From assembly GCA_018823705.1 (NCBI GenBank), contig JAHJHP010000009.1:1-55280 (forward strand): a stretch of DNA of 55,280 bases, given 5' to 3'. The position numbers and the translations under genes are program-made. Every line of letters starts with the position of its first letter. Within the stretch, counting starts at the first letter, position 1. The notes beneath the pieces are model-generated. The model made no database searches. It was given only the letters and a program-made list of their open reading frames with translations, and had not been told where the DNA came from. Of this stretch, positions 47,852 through 55,280 are shown one piece after another. The DNA comes from Candidatus Omnitrophota bacterium. Its GTDB lineage: Bacteria > Omnitrophota > Gorgyraeia > 2-01-FULL-45-10.

Positions 47852-49405
47852 TTACCGTGATTTAAAGATCCTGTGCAAAACGTTAAAAAGCTTATCTCTC
47901 CATGGGCCATCTTTCTCACATAGCCTGACAAGAGGATAGGCGATCTTAGGGACTTTTCTATAAAGGCTAAAGGTCTTAGCGAGCCCTACGATCTCCGCCG
48001 GAGGTAACTGCGGCATATTCAGATAGCTCTCAGTGTAGCGATAGTTTTCGCATTCATCTGGCAGAAAACCGGCTTCTACAGCCATCTTGCGGATAGCCGT
48101 GCCCTCCCATGGCTGCAGGATCATAACGCTCGAATTCTGCGCCCTGGCCTTTCGATTCAGCTCAATAGTCTCAAACACGTTACCTCTTGTCTCAAAAGGC
48201 ATACCTACCATATTAAGTGTACTCGTGCGGATACCATACTTATTGAGAATGCTTATGCCTCTGATTATCTGGCTGTTCGTCATCTTCCTGTTCAGCACCC
48301 TTCTACGGATATCCTCGCTTCCGGATTCAATTCCGGCAGACACGTTTACACAACCCATCTCCTTAAGAAGCTTTGCCTTGTGCTCGGTAACCATATCGAG
48401 CCTGGCGGCAATAAGAAATGGAAGGGCTATCTTTTTATAGCCCTGAGCAAACTCCTCCATCTCCTTATCGCTATATAGAAAAAATTCCTCATCCCAGAAT
48501 TTCATCATCTCAAGGTCGTATTTATCTTTAAGAAAAGATATCTCCTCTATAGCGCGCGGAATGCTCTTTTTACGAAAATAGCGCCCCTTCCCTTTGTATA
48601 GTTCCTGCAGCCGGTCGTTATTGCAATAGGAGCACCTGTGAGGGCAGCCTCTCGAGAGCTCGAGATGTCCATAGCGATATACTTTACCGCAAAAAGGCTT
48701 GTAAAAATGGCGTTTATCAAAAAGTGTCCAGTCAGGAAAAGGTAGCGCGTCAAGGTCTTCGATAAGCCTGATATCATTCTTCACCACCCCCGAAGAAGTC
48801 TTGACCCAAAGGTTACGGACAGCATCATAGGGTTTCCCCTCCCGGATGCGCAGGCACAGGTCTCGAAACGGCGCCTCCCCCTCACCAACGCATACGATAT
48901 CAACGTTCGCATTTTTTATGAACTTTTCAGGATTCATCGTCACGCATTTTCCGCCGATAATCAATGGGCAGTTTTTTCGGGAAATACCGTCCACGAGAGC
49001 CATGGCCAGAGGATAATTGTAAGAGGTCGGGACTGTAACGGCTATGATATCCGGATCAAACTCCTTTATCTTAGCGTTAAGATCGCCTATATGATCCCGC
49101 TCCTCACGGACAACGCCGTATTTTGTCATGTCAGCCGGCAGGAATTCTCCCACTTTCTCGTTTTTCTGTCGGTCTTCATAATTGGTTATCTTGTAGTATG
49201 TTGTATCGAATATATCGACCGTACACTGTTCCTTCCGCGCTATAGCGATAAGCGATGAAAGCCCTATCGGCAAGAAACCCTCAATGCCTGACATGGGGTT
49301 TACAAATAGTATCTTTATATTAACGATATTCCGGGACTCATCCGCGGCGCCTGGAATTCCGGATACTTCTTCATTGGAATTGATCATGCTCTGTTCTCCT
49401 TGCAT
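47852..49405 (-). CDS. Cobalamin-binding radical SAM protein
   Basis: LPIGLSSLIA, IIGG, GEGE, SRGCPHRCSYC, WDEEF, GIESGS, GMPFET; TAATG overlap at the start. Confidence 0.9.
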   Translation of the reverse strand: MQGEQSMINSNEEVSGIPGAADESRNIVNIKILFVNPMSGIEGFLPIGLSSLIAIARKEQCTVDIFDTTYYKITNYEDRQKNEKVGEFLPADMTKYGVVREERDHIGDLNAKIKEFDPDIIAVTVPTSYNYPLAMALVDGISRKNCPLIIGGKCVTMNPEKFIKNANVDIVCVGEGEAPFRDLCLRIREGKPYDAVRNLWVKTSSGVVKNDIRLIEDLDALPFPDWTLFDKRHFYKPFCGKVYRYGHLELSRGCPHRCSYCNNDRLQELYKGKGRYFRKKSIPRAIEEISFLKDKYDLEMMKFWDEEFFLYSDKEMEEFAQGYKKIALPFLIAARLDMVTEHKAKLLKEMGCVNVSAGIESGSEDIRRRVLNRKMTNSQIIRGISILNKYGIRTSTLNMVGMPFETRGNVFETIELNRKARAQNSSVMILQPWEGTAIRKMAVEAGFLPDECENYRYTESYLNMPQLPPAEIVGLAKTFSLYRKVPKIAYPLVRLCEKDGPWRDKLFNVLHRIFKSR

Positions 49406-50250
49406 TACCTTTTTCGGGCTATTATATACATGATATCGTATAAGTTCAAATAGAATTGCGCTCTACCCAATCCGCTCTTGCGCAAAATATCACAAAACCA
49501 TCTTCCTCCCTTATTGGCAAGCGATATCCTGTGCAAAGTCATATCGATACTGCGATAGAATCCGCAATAACCGCTATATATAACGTCAAATCCGTTATTA
49601 TCGAGCAGTTTACTGAGCGTCTGCTTGGAAAAATAATGAATGTGCGTAGGCGCATTCATAATGCGCCATTTATTCTTTTTCATGCGGGCGTTCAGGCTTC
49701 CGACATCACCGGTTGTTATAGCTACCAGCGCACCCTTATCCATCATATTCTTTGATATCTTAGATAAGCACCCGGCAGGGTCGCTCAAATGCTCTATCGT
49801 GTCCCACAGGCAAACGACGTCGAACTTCTGCCCATTAAAATCGTGTGGCAAAAAGTCGTCGGTTACCACGTCAAGTCCGAGCTCATCCCTGGCGTACGCG
49901 ACGCCGTCCGCTGTAACATCAATGCCCTTGAGAGTGCCAAAGTAAGATCTGGCGACATCAAGAAAAAATCCGTAAGCACAGCCGATTTCAAGAAGTCTCT
50001 TGTGCCTCATGGGATCTAAGAATTTGCGCAACTTCTTAAGGCGTAGCTTAAAATTATCCCGGGTGATCTTTTTATCGGCAAGATAATCGCTATATTCACC
50101 ACCGAAAAAGTAGTTCTTACCGTATAATTCCGACAGCTTATTATTCTGCGATGGCATATTACAAAATACGTGACCACACCCCAAACAGCGCAAGATACCC
50201 GGATAGGCCTGTTCCACATCGACGCGGTCACATATGATGCATCTGTTCAT
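49405..50250 (-). CDS. Class I methyltransferase with N-terminal CxxC pairs
   Basis: CIIC...CLGC, LEIGCAYGFF, WDTIEHL, PTHIHYF. Confidence 0.9.
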   Translation of the reverse strand: MNRCIICDRVDVEQAYPGILRCLGCGHVFCNMPSQNNKLSELYGKNYFFGGEYSDYLADKKITRDNFKLRLKKLRKFLDPMRHKRLLEIGCAYGFFLDVARSYFGTLKGIDVTADGVAYARDELGLDVVTDDFLPHDFNGQKFDVVCLWDTIEHLSDPAGCLSKISKNMMDKGALVAITTGDVGSLNARMKKNKWRIMNAPTHIHYFSKQTLSKLLDNNGFDVIYSGYCGFYRSIDMTLHRISLANKGGRWFCDILRKSGLGRAQFYLNLYDIMYIIARKR

Positions 50251-51191
50251 TTTACAGCCGCCTCCGTTACTATGAATGGCGGGCGCCCTTTAGTCTGATC
50301 ATAGATTCTGCCGACGTATTCGCTCAATATGCCTATTGCAACCAATTGAACGCTACCCAGGAAACAGACAGCCATGACAATATCTGTGTATCCTGGCGGC
50401 ACCGGTATATTTACTATTCCAAGCACTTTAAGGACCCATATAGTTAATACCATGATTATATACGCTGAAGAGCAACCTAGTATCACAAGAGCGAAGAGCA
50501 TCACCAGGTGCAGGGGATATCTTCCGAAGGAGAATATACCATCGAGGGCAAGCCTGGAGAGGGATCGAAATGAATATTTAGGAAGACCGCTATGCCTCTT
50601 TCCGACATTGTAAGGTATCCCCTGCTGCCTGAAACCGATCCAACTTACCTGACCGCGCAAGAATTTGTGGCACTCAGGCATATCGAGTAATACGCTAAGG
50701 ACTTTTTTGTCGAGAAGCCTGAAGTCAGACTGACCGAAACTCAAACTTAACCCCGATACTTTTGAGATGAACCGGTATGAGGCCTTGACGATCAGATTTT
50801 TAAGGAAAGGTAAATTAGCGTTTTCCTTCGTCGTATAGACAACCTCTGCGCCATTACGCCACATCTCAACCATCTTAGGTATCAGTGAAGGCGGGTGCTG
50901 CAAATCCGCATCCATGGTTATGCAAGCATCGCCTGCAGCCTTGGTCATCCCCGCGAAGATCGCACACTGATGCCCGAAGCTTCGCGAAAGTGAAAGATAG
51001 CCGACCTTCGGGTCCGCATTACGCAACCTCTTTACCGCGTCCAGCGACCTATCGGTGCTTCCGTCATCGACGTATATCATCTCGTAATCTACGCCTGCTT
51101 CAGAGCATGCCTGTTTCACCTGATTATAAAGCTCTTCTATGTTGCTCTCTTCATTATGCACAGGGAAAACTATCGATATTATATTCTTCAT
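50247..51191 (-). CDS. GT2, GtrB/ArnC/YkoT-like polyprenol-phosphate sugar synthase
   Basis: FPVHNEE, VDDGSTD, LSRSFGHQ, MDADLQHPP, SDFRL, two TMs, EYVGRIY..KGRP. Start placed at ATG 51191. Confidence 0.9.
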   Translation of the reverse strand: MKNIISIVFPVHNEESNIEELYNQVKQACSEAGVDYEMIYVDDGSTDRSLDAVKRLRNADPKVGYLSLSRSFGHQCAIFAGMTKAAGDACITMDADLQHPPSLIPKMVEMWRNGAEVVYTTKENANLPFLKNLIVKASYRFISKVSGLSLSFGQSDFRLLDKKVLSVLLDMPECHKFLRGQVSWIGFRQQGIPYNVGKRHSGLPKYSFRSLSRLALDGIFSFGRYPLHLVMLFALVILGCSSAYIIMVLTIWVLKVLGIVNIPVPPGYTDIVMAVCFLGSVQLVAIGILSEYVGRIYDQTKGRPPFIVTEAAVK

Positions 51192-51193
51192 AT

Positions 51194-51376
51194 TCAGCTT
51201 GCCTTTCTGCGCGGTAATACCGCGCATGATTTTTCAATATCATCTGCCTCTATATCCAGCAACTCAACGCAATGACTGTGATCCTTGATTTCATGAGCGG
51301 TATAGGCCATTCTGAATAAAGGAAAGAGATGTTCCATATCACCCAGCATCATAGGATTTATCAATAATACGTTCAT
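51194..51376 (-). pseudogene. Remnant of a B12-binding radical SAM gene (about the first 50 codons)
   Basis: MNVLLINP...FPLFRMAYTAHEIKDHSHCVELLD parallels the starts of neighbours (MRFLFINP...PPFGILYIAAVLEHNGHEVKVLE), then breaks off at a 19-bp palindrome. Confidence 0.65.
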
Positions 51377-52422
51377 ATCAACTTATCCAAAAGCCCTTCT
51401 GCGTAGTCATCAATATCGCTTAAATGATTCACGCCATCCATATATTGGCAATCTGCACATGGTGAAATCATATGCTTTTTATTGGTAAGATGCAAAACCC
51501 TGAATTCGCGCATTTTACCGCCGTTCCAGATATCAACAAGGCTATCCTGTTTTGCGTCTCCAATGACTGTTCCGAAACTCCAGTCAACACAACACACTGA
51601 GACTGTGCCATCAAAATTTACCGACATGGTCTTGAACGGCTGGGGGCAAACTTTTCTGCCAATTTTTAGAGGCGTTATCCCATCCATGCCAGTTGTAGGC
51701 AAAAGTCCCATTTTGAAGTCTTTTTTCCCGGAAAGGCTCCATCCTATCACTGTATCCACGCCTACTGAGTCCGATATCGGACTAAAATCAGATAGAAAGC
51801 GCTTTTTCTCATCGGCCGTCAGGTTGATATCAAGGATCTTGGCATGAATTTTAAGACTGCTATTCCTTTTGCACTTGAGCTTATAGAGAAATGCGACATT
51901 CTTCCGTATCTTTTTGTAATCAGAGAAAGTCTTTGTAAATTTTTTGTAGCCTGAATCACTTACATGTTCGACGGATATCCTGATTGCGTCGAGACCGGCA
52001 TCGACAACCTCCCTTGCGCGCTCTTTTGTGATCAGGGAACCGTTTGATGTTGTTTCGACTGATCGAGCTATTTTCATCTTCTTCGCATACGCGACCATTT
52101 TGCTAAAGTCTTCATTGACGAACGGCTCCCCGTCCTTGTAGAGATATAATTTTTCGATCTTACCCTTAAAACCGATGACGCCGTCTACGACGTGCTTGAA
52201 GATTGGGAAAGGCATGATTCCGACCTTTCTGCCTACGGAGCTCAATAAGCTTCTGTCTCCGGTCGGGCAGAATGAACACATGAAATTGCACACACTTGAC
52301 GGGTCTATTATAAGAGATAGCGGAGCCTCTAGGGGCAATATCTCCGAAAGCTTCTTATAGCCTTCATTGCCTGTCTGCCCCGTACACCGTATCCTATTTT
52401 TTGATCTTTTGATCGATCTCAT
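51373..52422 (-). CDS. Radical SAM protein with SPASM/twitch domain
   Basis: DPSSVCNFMCSFC, YKDGEP, TSNG; CPQPF...DGTVSVCC...IG...IWNG...CADC. Confidence 0.9.
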   Translation of the reverse strand: MRSIKRSKNRIRCTGQTGNEGYKKLSEILPLEAPLSLIIDPSSVCNFMCSFCPTGDRSLLSSVGRKVGIMPFPIFKHVVDGVIGFKGKIEKLYLYKDGEPFVNEDFSKMVAYAKKMKIARSVETTSNGSLITKERAREVVDAGLDAIRISVEHVSDSGYKKFTKTFSDYKKIRKNVAFLYKLKCKRNSSLKIHAKILDINLTADEKKRFLSDFSPISDSVGVDTVIGWSLSGKKDFKMGLLPTTGMDGITPLKIGRKVCPQPFKTMSVNFDGTVSVCCVDWSFGTVIGDAKQDSLVDIWNGGKMREFRVLHLTNKKHMISPCADCQYMDGVNHLSDIDDYAEGLLDKLI

Positions 52423-53182
52423 ATAGAAGAAAAGGATCTTCTTTCATTTTCTTAACGGTAAATCTGTACAATTCATCCGCGTTTAGCAGCTTCACAAAAC
52501 TTCCGTTAGGGAATATAGTCATTTTAACGAATCCGGCCTGTTCAAAAAGCTTACTCATCGGTTCTACATTCGTTTTCACCCCAAGTTCCAATTTTCTAAC
52601 AAAAATGGAATATGTTTTCGAGGATAACTTGCCATTTTCGTCAGTATAGAGGCCTCTAAAATCCTTATGATACCTATAGTCGACATGCAGCATCTCTTCT
52701 ATATGATGAAAAAACGTCATGCTACGTTGAATGGAAATATCTATCAGCATGATCTTCCCGTTGCGCCTTCTTAATTCACCAAAGATGGATTCGTCGGAAT
52801 AAGCGCTTTCATTGTCTATCTTCGCAAAATCCTCTTTCAGTCTTCCAATAACAGCGAATGAATAGACGGGATGCTTCGTCCTCACAGACTCCGGCAGTTT
52901 CATAGCATACGTAGTCAAGCTACCCATCTGGCTCTTTGTTTCCTTGATTGAAAAAGACTCACCGGAACAAAAGCCAAAGTTAAAGGTTGGAAAAATCAGC
53001 GTGCCCGACTCTCCTACTTTGTTAAGCATATATTTATAGAATATTTCGCAAAAATCTTCCGGCCTGCCAGGCGATATAACTTGTGAAATTAGAGTAATAT
53101 CGCTATGTATAAGGACAACATCACCCTTTTTTATTCCTAGGATATCTAGCGATTCAATCGTAGTCATTCTCTGCCACCCCAC
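52394..53182 (-). CDS. AAC(3)-family (Antibiotic_NAT) N-acyltransferase
   Basis: GIKKGDVVLIHSD, GTLIFPTFN, RTKHPVYSF, TFFHHIEE, YRY. Confidence 0.88.
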   Translation of the reverse strand: MGWQRMTTIESLDILGIKKGDVVLIHSDITLISQVISPGRPEDFCEIFYKYMLNKVGESGTLIFPTFNFGFCSGESFSIKETKSQMGSLTTYAMKLPESVRTKHPVYSFAVIGRLKEDFAKIDNESAYSDESIFGELRRRNGKIMLIDISIQRSMTFFHHIEEMLHVDYRYHKDFRGLYTDENGKLSSKTYSIFVRKLELGVKTNVEPMSKLFEQAGFVKMTIFPNGSFVKLLNADELYRFTVKKMKEDPFLLYEIDQKIKK

Positions 53183-53189
53183 AATCGGC

Positions 53190-54497
53190 TCATCTGCTTA
53201 CCAATCCGCAAGCTATGAACCTCTCAATGTAATCCCTCGTCTTCCAATATTCGAGGTCCAGCTTTTCCGCTATATTGAAAACACTGTTTTTGCCGTCAAA
53301 ATGCTGCATGATCAAGTATATGTTCGCATTGATGGCCGCATCTTCTTTAGGGCTAACCCATAGGCCATACCGGGTTAAGAATGCTGGCCCCGTAAACTTA
53401 CGTCGAGGGATGTAATCAGACGCAAAGATGCGCGCGATCTCCTCTACCACATCCACTGTCTTTTGAAGCCTGTCTTCATGGATAATATCCATGTTGTCCG
53501 CGCTGGTATGATACTCCTTATAAGGATAACGGCTTATCGAGATACAGGGAACATCAACACCAGGCCCGTTTATGACCTTTTCATCATTTCCTACAACCTT
53601 CAGAAATGCGCCCTCCCTGAAACCTGGTTCAAGCCTTCTTAGCACATAGCGCGCTATTCTATCTATTTTATGATCGCCCTGCCAGGACTTTTGAAGGACT
53701 AGAGAATTCCTGTTCCCCGCCATTTCAATAAATATACCCGCCTTGAGACGTTTAACAACTTCTTTGTGATGACTTAGATAACATATACTGCCTATCGTTT
53801 CCGGGCAAAAAAGAAAGCGGATCGCGCTGCTTCCTTCCGGTAACGGTCTGGAAACAAGTCTTCGCGCGATCTCAACGGCAACAGCAACTCCTGATAGCCC
53901 ATCGTTCGCCTGGTACGGGTGATCTATGTGGCCGCATATTATGAGATCTCCGGACTGCTTATCGTGCCGCGGACCTGAAGAAAGGCGTGCAATACCGACT
54001 TTAAGCCCCTTTTTTGCCGCGGTAATGAACTTGGCGCGAATGACTACATGAAACCGCCCCTTCCTGGGCAACCTGTCATATTCGTTCTTTGTAAGAGAGA
54101 ACCCCCACTCCTTCACGTAGTATGCATACTGCCATGGTATCGCGGATGGGATCTTTTCTGAATAATGCAGGTGTGTCTTTAATTCATCCCATGTCATTCG
54201 TTTTTGTATCGGAACTGAGTAGGATACAAGATGCATAGGGTTCAAGTTGAAATCCGCCACTCGCCTGCCATCCTCAAGCTCTATATATGCCTCGTCGACC
54301 TCATAGCGTGGAGGTACCTGCCATGTCCACGCGCGCGACATCGGGGCATAGCATTCGATCGAATATTTTGCCGAGGCCGGTATGCGGCTACCGATCATTT
54401 TTAGCGCCTTATCGGTATCATTATGGACCAAAGTCCGGTAAAGAGGATATAGCTCTCTAACTATTTCTTTTATCATATGTTTTCTACTTTTCACCAT
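53190..54497 (-). CDS. DUF4910/DUF2172 aminopeptidase-like protein with C-terminal winged helix (Cj1295-like)
   Basis: WQVP, HLVSYS, AIPW..YY..WGF, HIDHP..ANDGLSG, PETIGS, YHTSADN, DGKNSVFNIA. Confidence 0.85.
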   Translation of the reverse strand: MVKSRKHMIKEIVRELYPLYRTLVHNDTDKALKMIGSRIPASAKYSIECYAPMSRAWTWQVPPRYEVDEAYIELEDGRRVADFNLNPMHLVSYSVPIQKRMTWDELKTHLHYSEKIPSAIPWQYAYYVKEWGFSLTKNEYDRLPRKGRFHVVIRAKFITAAKKGLKVGIARLSSGPRHDKQSGDLIICGHIDHPYQANDGLSGVAVAVEIARRLVSRPLPEGSSAIRFLFCPETIGSICYLSHHKEVVKRLKAGIFIEMAGNRNSLVLQKSWQGDHKIDRIARYVLRRLEPGFREGAFLKVVGNDEKVINGPGVDVPCISISRYPYKEYHTSADNMDIIHEDRLQKTVDVVEEIARIFASDYIPRRKFTGPAFLTRYGLWVSPKEDAAINANIYLIMQHFDGKNSVFNIAEKLDLEYWKTRDYIERFIACGLVSR

Positions 54498-54508
54498 TAT
54501 TACACCTC

Positions 54509-55280
54509 CTATCGCTTAAGATCTTCGGATATTGATACCGTCCCTTTATCATTTAACACGATTCTAGTCGACTCGTCCCGGAACCGTGCAAACAATAACC
54601 CGCATATCTTCCTCAGAACGAAATAGGTTTCGTACACAAGCGGCGTAATAATATGTATCATGACAAATTTATACGGTGCTAATTTGGATGCCTTACCCGC
54701 TCGAAACAAGTTCTTATCAAGCTCTTTAAGAACCATCATCCTCATCAACTTTACAACAATATCCGGGTATTTCGTAAAGTTGATCGTTAAGACCATCGCG
54801 TCACGATTCGCCACTATCTCGAGATACCGAACGGTATTTTTTATCAGTCCCTGCTCAGTGCACCACCTAAACAACCTGGACCCGGGATAAGGCGTGGTAA
54901 AAAATACAGCGCTATCGGTAATTCCGGCCTCCTTTATCGCGTTAATCGTATTCCGCAGCGTATCCCGCGTCTCCCCGGGCGTTCCTACCATAAACGAGCA
55001 GGCCGGCGTAATGGCTGTATCGCTTATCAATTGATATGCCTTGATGTTGGTCGAGCGCGACATACGCTTCCCTAAAATTTTCAAAATTGTGTCGTCCCCG
55101 GATTCAAAACCATAGGCAAGATAATAGCAATTGGAACCCTCAAGCGCCTCGAGAAGTTCATGCGTAACGTAATCCGCCCTTATTGAACAGGAAAAGTAGG
55201 CATCCGGAAAATTGTTGGTCATCATCGCCGAAAATTCGCGCGCCTGTTTTGGATTATAAAGAAAAAGGTCTTCCCCCATG
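54509..55280 (-). CDS. Radical SAM protein, probably cobalamin-binding class; C-terminal part only
   Basis: EDLF, SIRAD, YGFESG, FMVGTPGET, TPYPGS match the C-terminal halves of the six complete paralogs. The CxxxCxxC motif and B12 domain would lie beyond the window. Confidence 0.8.
   Translation of the reverse strand, partial: MGEDLFLYNPKQAREFSAMMTNNFPDAYFSCSIRADYVTHELLEALEGSNCYYLAYGFESGDDTILKILGKRMSRSTNIKAYQLISDTAITPACSFMVGTPGETRDTLRNTINAIKEAGITDSAVFFTTPYPGSRLFRWCTEQGLIKNTVRYLEIVANRDAMVLTINFTKYPDIVVKLMRMMVLKELDKNLFRAGKASKLAPYKFVMIHIITPLVYETYFVLRKICGLLFARFRDESTRIVLNDKGTVSISEDLKR

Noticed and set aside
9058-49405. Naming the B12 radical SAMs bchE, hpnP/hpnJ or miaB
   Set aside because: There are no photosynthesis or hopanoid genes in the window and no MTTase N-terminal or TRAM domains. 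Family motifs alone do not support these names.
12237-51227. Long N-terminal extensions given by the ORF track (13085, 15534, 21634, 26107, 29239, 43638, 51227)
   Set aside because: They overlap upstream genes or promoters. Downstream starts fit SD sites, stop-start coupling and family N-termini better.
51194-52422. 60-aa ORF next to a SPASM radical SAM read as a RiPP precursor and maturase
   Set aside because: The short ORF resembles the start of a B12-binding domain. No RRE/PqqD domain or peptide exporter is visible, and the context is glycan synthesis.
52394-53182. Aminoglycoside resistance gene or antibiotic biosynthetic cluster
   Set aside because: The AAC(3) fold is paired with DUF4910 inside an LPS-type locus. 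No DOI synthase, aminotransferase or mobile context is seen, so a glycan acyltransferase is more plausible.
235-54890. The many plus-strand ORFs in the track (e.g. 17216-18049, 27885-28652, 3069-3695) and short nested minus-strand ORFs
   Set aside because: They lie antisense to, or out of frame within, well-supported genes and have no recognisable motifs. They are shadow ORFs.

Overview
Bacterial chromosomal window in which every credible gene (about 50) lies on the minus strand, many with overlapping stop/start codons. Transcription runs right to left. About 50 kb (5540-55280) is one very large cell-surface glycan/LPS locus. It encodes roughly 18 glycosyltransferases (GT2, GT-B/GT4, GT9, GT28 and three multi-pass GT-C type), a WecA/MraY-like initiator, an O-antigen ligase, GmhB and an NAD-dependent epimerase. 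Its tailoring set is unusually large: seven cobalamin-binding radical SAM enzymes (one cut by the window edge) plus one remnant, two SPASM/twitch radical SAMs, five class I methyltransferases, an SGNH protein, a class II glutaminase fused to a WbpG/PseA-type amidotransferase, and an AAC(3)+DUF4910 pair. The best candidate for an undescribed system is a module that occurs three times: polyprenol-phosphate sugar synthase GT2 + B12 radical SAM(s) + GT-C transferase, with methyltransferases in two copies. An AbrB/RelE-like toxin-antitoxin pair interrupts the locus. Downstream are udg, priA and fmt, then the first 500 codons of a large secreted protein (1-1500, missed by the ORF track) behind a near-consensus sigma70 promoter. 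REP-like palindromes occur between genes and, in two cases, in frame inside coding sequences. Gene content suggests Ca. Omnitrophota or a similar diderm anaerobe (inference only). No rRNA, tRNA, CRISPR or transposase was seen. All product calls come from motif recognition by eye, not from database searches.
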